Under the pieces are notes generated by a model. It was given only the letters and a program-made list of their open reading frames with translations, searched no databases and was not told where the DNA came from. This document shows, piece after piece, positions 39,951-52,434 of a stretch of 64,000 nucleotides of DNA (position 1 is its first letter; each line of letters begins with the position of its first letter). The DNA is from Dendrobates tinctorius. Taxonomy: Eukaryota. The position numbers were made by a program, and so were the translations under genes. The stretch spans positions 87,420,001 through 87,484,000 of the forward strand of contig NW_027361684.1 in assembly GCF_039654945.1 (NCBI RefSeq), read 5' to 3'.

Positions 39951-40934
39951 TCTTTTGCTGTTATTGATTCTGATCCTGTACACATGTAACAATTCATAAC
40001 ATGTATATGATACATAGCTATGTTGGTAAAATGTTGCACCGTCTTGCAGGATAAGAGCTACTATGTTTTCATATATTTTAGGATCATTAAATTGGTTGTC
40101 CAAGTTTGTGATGAAGACCTGCAGTCACTCTACAACAAGCTGCAATGCACATATCACTTCATTTCTACAATGACAATTTTTTTACCTTGTATTTACGTAG
40201 GGTTCAGATAAGCGTTTAAAAAAATCATTCGATTTTTCTGGATGATTTCAGCTGTACTGTCATGCATGTGCCATATGTTTGTTTTTTACATTTATGTGTA
40301 ATCCATTTTACATCCTCATGGATACGTATAAATCAACAGATTTACATGTACGTAATCAAAAACAATTTTCTAAGTTAATAACGGCACTGTATTCATAAAA
40401 ATCGAATGCCATACAGTTCATTTATACGGGATCAGATTTTTTTTTTTGCACACCCATATATTTGAATAGGCTACTCTCATCTGAAATGTAATCTGTGTGA
40501 AGAAACGGTGCTCTAACCAGCCCTATTTAGTAACATTGGTCAATGTGCTGTTTAATTTTAACTCAGACAGCACATGCCCGTATAATACATTCATATGAAC
40601 AAGCTCTTAGAGTGAAAATGTAAACAGGTTTTTGGTCAATCAAGAAAAATTCAATTTTTTAAGTACTTTTGTAGAGGGTACAGTGATGTCATTGGCACCC
40701 ACAATGGCCCTCAACACCAGGGGCACATGCATCCCAGCTCTATACCTGCGTTAGAACAATTTATATAACATATAAAACTTTCAATTAATTAATCAAAGAA
40801 GATATCTGCACATCTTTATTAAAAGATCGGATAATATCTAAAAATGTACCCCCGTCTCATCCACCTGCAATGTACCCTAGGAACACCTATGCTCCATCCC
40901 TTTGCTATGACATGTACATGAAATTTGCATTTAC

Positions 40935-42330
40935 ATGAGAAAAAGTGATTGCCCTCTAAACCTAATAACAGGATGGGACATCCTTAGTAGCAACAACTGC
41001 AATCAAAGCATTTGCAGTAACTAGCAATGAGTCTTTTACAATGCTCTGGAGGAATTTTGGCCCACTCATCTTTGCAGAATTTATGTAATTCAGCTACATT
41101 GGAGCGTTTGCGAGCATGAAATGATCTTTAAAAGTCATGCCGCAGCATTTCAATTGGATCAAGGTCAGGAATTTTAATAGGCCACTCCCGTCTTAATTTT
41201 GTTTTCTTAAGCCATCCAGAGGTGACCTTGCTGGTGTGTTTTGGATCATCGTCCTGCTGCATAACCCAAGTGTGTCTCCTTCAGAATTTTTGGTAGACAG
41301 CAGAATTTATGGTTTCATGTACCACAGCGAGTCTTCCAGGTCCTGAAGCAGTAAATAGCCCCAGACCATCAAACTACCACCACCATATTTCACTGTTGAT
41401 ATGATGTTCCTTTACTGAAATGATGTGTTACTTCTGCACCAGATGTAGTTGTACACCTTCCAAAAAGTTCAACTTTTGTCTCGTCAGTCCATAGAGTATT
41501 CTCCCAAAAGTATTGGGGATCATCAAGGTGTTTTCTGGCAAAACTGAGATGAGTCTTTATGTTCTTATTGCTTAGCAGTGGTTTTCATCTTAGAACTCTG
41601 CCATGCAGGCCATTTTTGCCCAGTCTCTTTCTTATGGTGGAGTCATGAACACTGACTGTACATGAGGCAAGTGAGGCCTGCAGTTCTTTGGATGTTGTTG
41701 TGGGGTCTTTTGTGACCTCTTGGATGAATCATTGCTGCGCTCTTGGGGGTAATTTTGGTCGGCCAGCCACTCCTGGGAAGGTTCACCACTGTTCCATGTT
41801 TATCTCATTTGTGGACAATGGCTCTCACTGTGGTTCACTGGAGTCTCGAAGCTTTAGAAATGGCTTTACAACATTTTCCAAACTGATAGATCTCAATTAC
41901 TTTGTTTCTCATTTGTTCCAGAATTTCTTTAGATCGCGGCATTTTGTCTAGCTTTTGAAGATCTTTTGGTCTACTTCACTTTGTCAGGCAGGTCTATTTA
42001 ATTGATTTCTTGATTGAGAACAGATGTGGCAGTAATCAGGCCTGAGTGTGGCTAGGAAATTTGAACCCAGCTTCCCGAAGATGTGATAAATCACAGTTAA
42101 TTTATGTTTTAAGGGGGTGGGGCAATCACTTTTTCACATAGGGCCCTGCAGGTATGGATTTCTTTTTCACTTAATAATACAGACCTTTATTTAAAAACTG
42201 CATTTTGTGTTTACTTGAGTTATCTTTGTCTAATATTTAAATTTGCTTGGTGATCTGAAACATTTAGGTGTGACAAACATGCAAAAGAATAGGAAATCAA
42301 GGAGGGGGCAAACATTTTTTCACACAACTG
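40935..42330 (-). mobile_element. Degenerate Tc1, one end truncated
   Basis: Ends cacacaactg|ta; homologous to 22636-30438. Confidence 0.85.
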
Positions 42331-42794
42331 TATATGGCACTATAGAGGCAATACTCTTCCTTTAGTTGAACTATGCACATCACGTGCAGCGCTTTCAGTA
42401 TGTAAGTTGGCACTTTTCCCACAATGCAAAAATATACATTCTTTTCCTAGAAGTGTCCTGTAAGTACTGAGTGATCTGTTGTGCTAATTATGCAGCATGG
42501 AACTTTGTAGATGTGAATTATATGTATAAATCTCAGTAAATGAAATAGCCAGCGGGGAGTTCTACAGAGAATGAATTCCATTTTATAGGATTGGAGCATA
42601 ATTAAACATTTGCAACATTCTGTTACTTTGTGCTTTTACTGGCAGCTTTCTATAAGTGTTTAGTATAATGTACATGGGTTATTATGTATTTAAACTATCA
42701 TTCGCACAAATGACAAATGCCCCATAATGTTCTAACAATTAAAACTACAACATACGAGGAATACAATAAAAAAATATATTGCAGCACTGTGTTA

Positions 42795-42984
42795 AATAGA
42801 AAAAACAGATAGCAGCACAAACTTGAGAAGATTTTGGGTGCAATACTTCCTGAGTAATGCGGTTTTCCAACGCAAAATATAAATGGAAAAATATCAGACA
42901 GCACTCCAGTTCAAGGAAAAATTGTGGACTTTAATCCAGCGCCAAGTGGTGCAACGTTTCGACCTCACAGCATGGTCTTTGTCA
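42795..42984 (-). mobile_element. ~190-bp HHR-headed Penelope-like mini-insertion
   Basis: 12-bp TSD agcactgtgtta (42783-94, 42985-96); HHR, ATTAAA, then a T-rich tail. Confidence 0.8.
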
Positions 42985-42989
42985 AGCAC
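42949..42989 (-). ncRNA. Ultra-minimal type I hammerhead ribozyme, U3-A8 core variant
   Basis: GUGC-UUGACAA-A-GACC(augcuguga)GGUC-GAAA-CG-UU^GCAC; loopless palindromic stem III. Confidence 0.85.
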
Positions 42990-43049
42990 TGTGTTAGCTA
43001 GAAATATCTATGAAAATACTTTTATGCCCTAAAAAGACAAAATTATGTA

Positions 43050-43120
43050 AGTAGAAGTGATAACTTTATTAGCTAACCAGAGAAATTATATTTGTAAGTT
43101 TTCAGAGCACACAGGCTCTG
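43050..43120 (-). mobile_element. pLTR remnant carrying the 3' half of an HHR
   Basis: AGAGC(ctgtgt)GCTCT-GAAA-ACTT... then AATAAA; CUGANGA box missing. Confidence 0.5.
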
Positions 43121-43397
43121 CCATTCATGTATGCATGTACATGACTGGGGTGCCAAGGGCCCACCAGTAACCAACTCAGTTTTCAGTTACATGCAAATGT
43201 GACATTATCCTCAATCATAAATTTATATAACAACTAGCTGAAGAGCCCGGCGTCGCCCAGGCATAGTAATTAACTGTGGTTAGGTATAACAAATTATAAT
43301 GATTATATTGCACATAAAAACATTTCACGTCATATATTTAACACTACAGGTTTGTAACACAAATGAACTAAATGATTACCTAAGTATTGATAGGATT

Positions 43398-43695
43398 TTA
43401 TTTTTCAAGAGCCTTTTGATAAACAACATTTTTGGTTTTTCCTTTCGGTGCAAAGATGAACAGATTTTTGGCAGTTCCAACTCTTGAACAGGCCACGTAA
43501 AGTTGACTATGAGAAAAGCATGGAGATTGCAAATCGATCCCTACTACTTTCAAGGACTGTCCCTGAGCCTTGTTAATGGACATTGCAAATGCCAGTCGAA
43601 GTGGAAACAGGAGGCGTTTAAAATCAAAAGGCAAATCAGATGGAATGAGTGAAATTCTTGGAATGAAAATGTCTTCTCCTTTGGCACATCCTGTT
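43398..43695 (-). pseudogene. Helitron PIF1-family helicase C-terminus
   Basis: IFIPRISLIPSDLPFDFKRLLFPLRLAFAMSINKAQGQSL...FSHSQLYVACSRV. Confidence 0.92.
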
Positions 43696-44732
43696 GCTGA
43701 ACTGTGTATCTAATCCTATCCTATGTAATACCATCTGCTGAGCTGTGTATCTAATTCTGTCCTGTGGGATATTGTCTTCTGAGCTGTGTACCTAATCCTA
43801 TTCTGTGTGATACTGTCTCCTGAGCTGTGTATCTAATCCTATCCTGTGTATTACTGACTGCTGAGCTGTGTATCTAATCCTTTCCTGTGTGATACTGTCT
43901 GCTGAGCTGTGTATCTAATCCTATCCTGTGTGATATCCTGTATCCTGTGTGATACAGTCTGCTGAGCTGGGTATCTAATCCTATCCTGTGTGATACAGTC
44001 TGCTGAACCTTGTATCTAATCCTATCCTGAGTGTTATTGTCTGCTGAGCTGTGTATCTAATCCTTTCCTGTGTTATACTGACTGCTGAGCTGTGTATCTA
44101 ATCCTATCCTGTGGGATGCTGTCTTCTGAGCCATGTATCTAAGCCTATCCTGTGTGATACAGTCTGCTGAGCCATGTATCGTATCCTATCCTGTGCAATG
44201 CAGTCTGCTGAGCCGTGTATCTAATCCTATCCTAAGTGATACAGTCTGCTGAGCAATGTATCTAATCCACTCCTGTGTGATACAGTCTGCTGAGCCGTGT
44301 ATCTAATCCTATCCTGTGTGTTACTGTCTGCTGAGCTATGTATCTAATCCTATCCTGTGTGTTACTGTTTGCTGAGCTATGTATCTAATCCTATCCTGTG
44401 TGTTACTGTCTGCTGAGCTGTGTTTCTAATCCTATCCTGTGTGATACTGACTGCTGAACCGTATATCTTATCCTATCCTGTGTGATACAGTCTGCTGAGC
44501 CATGTATCTAATCATATCCTGAGTGATACAGTCTGCTGAGCCGTGTATCTAATCCTATCCTGTGTGATACAGTCTGCTGAGCTGTGTATCTAATCTTCGC
44601 TTGTGTGATACAGTCTACTGAGTTGTGTATCTAATCCTATCCTGTCAATTCTTATGGAACTAATTTTTGGACTTCCATGCACTGCTTGACAAAATACAGG
44701 ATTCCAATTATAGTAGAAGATTAATCATTTAT

Positions 44733-44775
44733 TCCCAACGCGTTTCGAAGTAAGAATTACTTCTTCCTCAGGGGA
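44733..44775 (-). ncRNA. Minimal type I hammerhead ribozyme
   Basis: UCCC-CUGAGGA-A-GAAGUAA(uuc)UUACUUC-GAAA-CGCG-UU^GGGA. Confidence 0.88.
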
Positions 44776-44777
44776 TA

Positions 44778-44818
44778 CCCCTGAGGAAGAAGTAGTTCTT
44801 ACTTCGAAACGCGTTGGG
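44778..44818 (+). ncRNA. Minimal type I hammerhead ribozyme
   Basis: CCC-CTGAGGA-A-GAAGTA(gttct)TACTTC-GAAA-CGCG-TT^GGG. Confidence 0.88.
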
Positions 44819-45493
44819 AATAAATGATTAATCTTCTACTATAATTGTAATCCTGTATTTTGTCAAGCAGCGCATGGAAGTCCAAAAATTAGTTACATAA
44901 GAATCGATATATTAGCGGTCACTTGTCTGGCCATTGGACGTGCAGCAGCTGACTACCAATTGTATATGCCTGATCTCTCCTATAATAGGTGAGTGGATTT
45001 CTTTTATAATTTTAACATTAACCCGGATAAGACACTATTGCGCTTTTTCCTGTTCCTATAGTGTACTATAATCCTATCCTGTGTGATACTGTCTGCTGAG
45101 TCGTGTATCTAATCCTATCCTGTGTGATACTGGGCTCCCCCTGCAGTCTGTGTCAGAGGGTGGTCTGTGTCGGAAAGGTAATAAATTGTGTTATTTCCAG
45201 CTTTACAGAAGGAGAAAACACCATAGAAATGATAAGAATAATTGGCCTAAGTTACCACAACTGTCTACAAGGAAAACTGTTGCTCATAGCAACCAATCAC
45301 AGCTCAACTTTCATCTTTTAAATAGCTCTGGTGAAATGAAAGATGCTTAGTGATTGGTTGATATATGGAGTGGGCGTGGCCGACACACACACACATATAC
45401 ATACACTAATTTTTATATATATAGACTAGCTGAAGAGCCCGGCTCTGCCCGGGCATAGTAACTAACTACGGTTAGTTATAACAAATTATAATG

Positions 45494-45532
<39 letters not shown>

Positions 45533-45574
45533 CTGAGTGTAGAGCCCCTCCCACTCTGCATAGCCACATTCACC

Positions 45575-46310
45575 ATAATATCCCACATCATCCTGTCAGC
45601 CAGAGCCACCAGACTACTACCCCTAATATCCCACATCATCCCATCACAGATGCCAGACTACTCCTCCTAATATCCCACATCATCCCATCAGCCATAGCCA
45701 TCGGACTACTACCACTAATATCCCACATCATCCCGTCAGCCATAGCCACCGGACTATTACCACTAATATCCCGCATCATCCCATCAGCCAGAGCCACCGG
45801 ACTACTCACCCTAATATCCAACATCAACCCGTCAGCCAAAGCAACCGGACTACTACCCCTAATATTCCTCATCATCCCGTCAGAGCCACCCCAACAGGCC
45901 TATACCCCTAATATCCCACATCATCCCGTCAGCCAGGGCCACCAGACAATTACCACTAATATCCCACATCATCCTGTCACAGACGCCAGACTACACCTCC
46001 TAATATCCCACATCATCCCATCAGCCATAGCCACCGGACTACTACCACTAATATCCCACATCATCCCGTCAGCCATAGCCACCGGACTATTACCACTAAT
46101 ATCCCGCATTATCCCATTAGCCAGAGCCACCGGACTACTTCCCCTAATATCCAACACCAACCCGTCAGCCAAAGCAACCTGACTACTACCCCTAATATCC
46201 CACATCATTCCGTCAGCCAGAGCCACAGGACTACTACCCCTAATATCCCACATCATCCCATCAGCCAGAGCTACCGGATTACTACCCCTAATATCCCACA
46301 TCATCCCTTC
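45575..46310. repeat. 48-bp minisatellite
   Basis: Unit taatatcccacatcatcccgtcagccagagccaccggactactacccc. Confidence 0.92.
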
Positions 46311-46935
46311 AGCCTGGGGTCAGAACCAGAGCGCTGAGTGGAATGGTCCTAACTTCCATACTAGGGATCCCTTTAAGAGAGGCCTGGGGTCAGAACCAGA
46401 GCGCTGAGTGGATTTGTCCTGACTTCCATACCAATAATCCCTTTAATAGAAGCCTGGGGTGAGAATTAGAGCGCTGAGGGGTTTACCCTAACTTCCATAC
46501 CGGAGATCCCTTTAAGAGAGGCCTGGGGTCAGTACCAAAGTGCAGAGTGGATTTGCCCTCACTTCCATACCGGGGATCCCTTTAAGAGAGACTGGGTTCA
46601 GAACCAGAACGCTGAGTGGATTTGCCGTGACTTGCATACTAATGATCCCTTTAAGAGAATCCTGGTGTCAGAATCAGAGCATTGAGGGATTTGCCCTAAC
46701 TTCCATACAGGAGATCCCTTTAAGAAAGGCCTGGGGTCAGTACCAAAGCGCAGAGTGGATTTGCCCTAACTTCCATACCAATGATCCCTTTAAGAGACCC
46801 TGGGGTCAGAACCACAGAGCTGAGTGGAACGGTCCTAAGTTCCATACCAGGGATCCCTTTAAGAGAGGCATGGGGTCAAAACCAAAGCCCTGGATGGATT
46901 TGCTCTGACTTCCATACCAATGATCCCTTTAAGAG
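46311..46935. repeat. 70-bp minisatellite, about 9 copies
   Basis: Unit ggcctggggtcagaaccagagcgctgagtggatttgccctaacttccatac...gatccctttaagaga. Confidence 0.92.
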
Positions 46936-48893
46936 GGAAGATGTGCCTACGGGATGGAGGATGTGTGATGGGGATATGTGCAGGGAGGGGGGGATTCATT
47001 TCTGTCATGTGCTCTCTGCTCCTTTCAGGGGGGCAGACAATGGCTGGGAGCTTATGTTCCCAAAGATGCGAGCTTTCTCCCACCATGTCAGTGTCTGCTG
47101 AGTTGTTGTCAAGTGGGAAAACTTGCTCATAGCAACCAATCACAGCTCAGCTACTTTTAACCAGCTCTGGTGAAATGAGAGATGCTTAGTGATTGGTTGC
47201 AAGGAAAACTGTTGCTCATAGCAACCAATCACAGCTCAGCTTCTTTTGAACAGCTCTTGTAAAATGAAATATGCTTCGTGATTGGTTGGTGATACACACA
47301 CATACATACATACATTCACTTTTATATATAGAGATGAACTGGGTAGATTGCAAATGAATAAGATTCCGCCTTTGTCTGCACATAGTGATTCAAGTATATT
47401 GTGCCAATTACTGATCATATAAGAGGGTGGTGGCGCAGTCCTGCATAGGGGCCCACTGGAGTATTCTCCTGTGGGCAATCCAAGACTACATGAATGTTAT
47501 GCTGAAGTGTTATTTATTGCATTATGGCGTACATGTACGGTGTAGGGACTTAGCAGATATGGGAGCTGTGCCTGTGCTGTCCGCAGCAGGAGCCAGCTGT
47601 TACATGCAGCTGGGGGTCCCACTGAAACAGCCAGGATCACAGCTATGTGCAATCCTATCTGATTAACTTCTTTCCAGCCATGGTTGAACTTGCACTGACT
47701 GTGCATGTAAACTTTTGACAGAGAGAGATCGCTCTCTGTCAGTCCATCGGTTACTGTGAGGTGCCGATGAGTTCCCTTGGCCTTGTCATATATAGCTGGG
47801 AGCAGGATGTGATAGACCACCTGTAAAACACTGACAGGCTTAGTATTACACATTAATTGTACAGTGTATTATCAATGTGATCAAAGGATCACATGTTCTA
47901 TGACTCAAGTACTTTTTTTAAAAAAACTTTGTTACAAAAATATAAAAATCCAATTTTCAGCTTTAATAATAAAAAAAAGGTTTATATGTAAAGAAAACCC
48001 CAACAAACAGAAGAAAAACACAATCCAGCAAAAACAACACGTTTGATGTCACCACATTCATAACGACCTTTACTATAGAACGATTTCATTATTTATCTTG
48101 GACAGTGAATGCAGCAAAAAAATAAATAAATTGAAAAACACTGACAAAATTGTTTCTTTTGTTTATCCTGCCTCACCAAAAAATAATAAAAATAAAAAAG
48201 TGATCAAAAAGTTGTTAGTACCACCAAAATACTACAGCTTGTTACAATAAAAGACTCTGCAAAAAAAAGTTAAAAAGTTATAGTTCATCCACCCCCACAA
48301 AAAAATTGTTGGAAAAAGATTTTCTGCTGTAAAAGTAGTAGATCATAAAAAAACATATATACGATATATAATTTGAATATTAGCGTAATTGTATTGAACT
48401 GAATACATTTTCTAGATTTATTCTTTATTCATCCTTGGAACTTAGAATTAGATAGAAAAGCAGTCAGTATGTGCCCAAACTTTAATTGGAAACTATAGTT
48501 TTGTCCTGCAAAAAAAAGGCCTAAAATAGTTCTGTCTACAGAAAAATTGAAGACTTATAGGTCTAATTTTTGTAAAAAAATTTTTGTGCAAGGGATTAAA
48601 AACATAACAAAAAATACAAATTTCACATCATTGTAGTTGTATTTCACTCAGAAAAAAAGATTATAGTCTCATTTCATCAAAGCTTTTATACCATAAAACT
48701 GATATAAAATGCACTGAAAAGCCACAAAATTTAGCAAATGTTGGTGTTTTTACATCAGTTTACCCAGCTCTGTCACAATGGGCAGAGCTGGGGCAGTACA
48801 AGGGTGTGATGCAACAGCTCATCTAATTCATGACAAGCTGTGATGTACCTTATACCAGAAATATTACTTCTGTAACTGACTGGAGCAGCATAA

Positions 48894-49178
48894 GGCTATG
48901 TGCACACATAGATTTAGGTCCTGCGGATTTTTCCACGCGGATTTGGAAAAATCTGCAGGTAAATTCTCAGGTCAAAAGACCTGCGGTTTACCTGCGGATT
49001 AGCCTGCGGTTTAGCCCGCGGAATCCGCACAAAGAATTGACATGCAGCAAGTGCACAGCGTTTTTCAGATTACCATTGAAAACAATGGTACTATACAACA
49101 CACCTAAATCTGCTGCGGACCCGCAGAGCCTGAAACGCTGCCGATCCGCAGTGGAATCCGCACCGTGTGCACATAACC
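48894..49178. mobile_element. Harbinger-type MITE
   Basis: taa|ggctatgtgcacac...gtgtgcacataacc|tta. Confidence 0.75.
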
Positions 49179-49510
49179 TTAGGGGTGAGGGCATGGTGGT
49201 GCACAACAGCTGTCATATGCAATAGATTTATTAAGAGGTATGCTCCTCTTAATGAATCAGGGGTGTATGACTCAACTATAGATGTCCAGGAGCACATGTT
49301 CAGCTCACCTTTCTGCATATAAAGCCCCCAGGCAAGGGAGGTTAAATGAGTAGCTGTAGTTCTTATCCCACTACGTCAAAACTGCAAATTCATAAAATTT
49401 TGTTTCAGTCTATACATGGAGCAATCCCATGTGAGAGAGTGTGTTTTGGATTAAAAATCAGAATTATAGCCATAGTTTACACCACGCTGTATTAGAAAAA
49501 GAAAAGTTTG

Positions 49511-50919
49511 GTCAATGCAAAAGTTTGGACACAATTGGAGCTTTGTGTTCTCAGATACCTTTGACTAAGATTTCAGACCTTAATTAGCCTGTTAGGGTTA
49601 TAGTTTGTTCACCATCATTGTTAGGATAGTGATGCAAATTTCCCATCTTTATAAAAACCCAGCCTTGTTCCAAAAAACAGCAGGGTTTTTCTAAGCAGCT
49701 GCCTAGCATTCTGAAAATGAAAATGGTGGGGGCCCACAAAGCAGGAGAAGGCTATAAACAGTAGCAAAGCTTTTTCAAGTTGTCCTTTCCTCAGTTTGAA
49801 ATGTGATTAAGAAATGGCACTTAAAAGGAACAGTGGAGGTCAAGATAAGGTCTGAAATACCAAACAATATTTCAGTGAGAGCTGCTAGGTTTGCTGGAGA
49901 GCCAAATAAGTACCCTTGCTTGATTTCAAAAGATCTTCAGAAAGATTTAGCAGACTCTGGAGTTGTGATACATTGTTCTACTGTTCAGTGACACCTGTAC
50001 AAATATAGCCTTCATGGAAGAGTAATTAGAAGAATATCTCTCCTGCATCCTCACCATAAAATTCAGCTTGAGAATTATGCAAATGGACAACAAGCTTGAT
50101 ACATATTGGAAACAAGTCCTGTGGACCAATGAGGTTAAAATAGATCTCTTTAGCCACAATGATCAAAGGCATGTGTGGAGAAAAAGGCACAGAATTTCAG
50201 GAAAAGAGCATCTCACCAACCATTAAACATGGGGGTGGAGCAATCATGCTTTGGGGTTGTGTGGCAGCCAATGGCACGGGGAATATTTTAAGGGTAGAGG
50301 GAAGAATGGATTCAATGAAATTTCACCAAAATTAAATTCTTGATTCAAACATAACACCATCTGTAAAAAAGCTGAAGTTGAAAAGAGGATGGTTTCTACA
50401 AATGGATAATGATCCTAAACACACATCAAAATACACATTAGACTACCTCAAAAGATGCAAGCTGATGGTTTTACAAAGGTCCTCACAGTGCCCTAATCTG
50501 AACATCATTAAAAATCTGTGGCTAGACCCCAGAATAGCAGTGCATGCAAGACGACCCAGGAATCTCAAAGAACTAGAAGAATTCTCCAAGGGAAGAAAGG
50601 ATGAAAATTCCTTAAATAAGAATTGAAAGACTCTTGGCTGGTTACAAAAAGCGTTTACAAGCTGTGATACTTTCAAAAGGTGGTGCTACTAGGTACTAAA
50701 CATGCAGGGTGCCCAAACTTTTGCACTGGGCCTATTTTCCTCTTTGTAATTTTTAAAATGTAAAAGATGAAAACATATATATATTTTTGCCTAAAATATA
50801 AAGGAAATGTGTCATCTTCAACTTTAGGCCTTTTAGAGATCATTTCATCTTCAACTTGCTTAACGCTTCACAATAACAGTAATTTTGATCAGGGGTGCAG
50901 AAACTTTTGCATGACCCTG
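49511..50919 (+). mobile_element. Degenerate Tc1 transposon
   Basis: AHKAGEGYK, VLWTNE, TIKHGGGAIMLWGC, QMDNDPKH, PNLNIIKNLW; IR/DR motifs gggtgcccaaacttttgca. Confidence 0.85.
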
Positions 50920-50967
50920 AAGATAACGTAGTTATGGAATGATAGGGAATTTTTACAGCTAGTATAA

Positions 50968-51416
50968 GGGTATGTGCATACGTTGCGGATTTTGTTGCAG
51001 ATCCGCAGCGGTTTTTGCCGGTCGGATTTGCATCAAATTCGCAGTGTAGTGCACAGGCAATGTTAGTCTATAGTAAATGAAGAATTTGCTGTGCGCATGC
51101 TGTGGAAAAATCCACGCAGATTTGCAGCTGCTTTTTTTCCGCAGCATGTCAATTTTTTTGCGATTCTGCAGCAGCGGTTTCCAGTCTCTCTCTCTCCCCC
51201 TCTCCCTTTCCCTGTCCCCCTCTCTCTCTCTCCTCCACAACCACGAGAAAATGTACAGATCCAAAATCCGCACAACAAAAACACATTACAATCCGCAGGA
51301 AATCCGCCTCAATTCCGCATGAAATCAGCAAGCGTTTTCACCTGTGGTTTCTGCCAAGAGATGCGGATTTGGTGCAGAAAGTTTCGCAGACTAATCTGCA
51401 ATGTGTGCACATACCC
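50968..51416. mobile_element. Harbinger-type MITE
   Basis: taa|gggtatgtgcatacg...tgtgtgcacataccc|tta. Confidence 0.75.
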
Positions 51417-51493
51417 TTATAGAAAATAGCTTAGTTTATGGTATCAAATAGATAGGGAGTGTCACGTACACACTTCCACTGCGCATGATGTGG

Positions 51494-52373
51494 GTAGAGT
51501 TGAGCCAAACAGGTCAGCCAGATTCATAAGTCGCTGACTTATGGCAAAGTTGGGTTTCGCCGACCGAAAACCGACCACAGAGTGAAGTCGGCCATGCGGT
51601 CGGCCAAACGAGCGCCAAAGTCGGATTTCCCAGAATGCTTGCACATTACTTTTTTCAGCCACTGAGCAAGGACGTACACTGTGGGCAACGAGATGACATG
51701 AGAGAGATTTAAAAAAGCAGTCCGGCATGTAGGTGTGTTTACTGTCCTTTAGAGATGACTGACTTTGCCTTTTTTAGGGTCGAGTCGGGTTTTATGAAAC
51801 CCGAGTTTCTTAAAAGTCGAGTCGAACGAAATCGGCCGACTATCGTGAAAAGTCGAAGGTCCGACTGAAACACGAAACCCAATGCAAGTCAATGGGGAAG
51901 CAAAGTCGGCAGGGAGTGGAGGACAGTAAACACACCTACATGCCGGACCGCTTTTTTAAAGTGCGCGAAAACTCTCTCTCTCTCCCTTCCCCCGGATGCT
52001 GCACATATCATCTCGTTGCCCACAGTGTACGTCCTTTCTCATTGGCTGAAAAAAAAAGTCACATGCAAGCATTCTGTGAAATCCGACTTGGGCGCTTAGG
52101 TCGCCGACCGCATGGACGACCTCACGCTATGGCGAAACCCGACTTTGGTGAAAGTCGGCGCCTTTTGAATCTGACCGACCTGTTTCACTCAACTCTACTG
52201 TCCTCCACTCCCTGCCGACTTTGCTTCCCCATTGACTTGCATTGGGTTTTGTGCTTCAGTCGGACCTTTGACTTTTCCCGATAGTCGCCGATTTCGTTCG
52301 ACTCGACTTTTGAGAAAGTCGGGTTTCATGAAACCCTACTCGACCCTAAACAAGGCAAAGTCGCTCATCCCTA
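51494..52373. mobile_element. Rearranged palindromic MITE with internal inverted duplications
   Basis: 51494-51750 is inverted at ~51920-52197; 51750-51925 is inverted at ~52198-52373. Confidence 0.65.
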
Positions 52374-52434
52374 GATGTGGGTATGCTTGCAAGGGTTAAT
52401 TTATTTCCTCTCTGTCAATCCAGCACTTAACCTC

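Larger units (their letters stand above)
44646..45068 (+). mobile_element. Palindromic Penelope-like pLTR mini-insertion with two back-to-back HHRs
   Basis: Inverted repeat 44648-44904 centred at 44776; register duplication taatcctatcctgt (44632-45, 45069-82); AATAAA and an ag|gtgagt donor downstream. Confidence 0.85.
43695..45130. repeat. 40-bp minisatellite, interrupted at 44646-45068
   Basis: Unit gtgtatctaatcctatcctgtgtgatactgtctgctgagc(t). Confidence 0.95.
43234..45425 (-). mobile_element. Helitron deletion derivative with a helicase fragment and a 40-bp satellite
   Basis: TC start at 45425; gcctgggcgacgccgggc hairpin + CTAG|t end. Confidence 0.88.
45426..47334 (-). mobile_element. Non-autonomous Helitron in tandem with the previous one
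   Basis: a|TC at 47334; hairpin + CTAG at 45426; termini homologous to 43234-45425. Confidence 0.88.
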
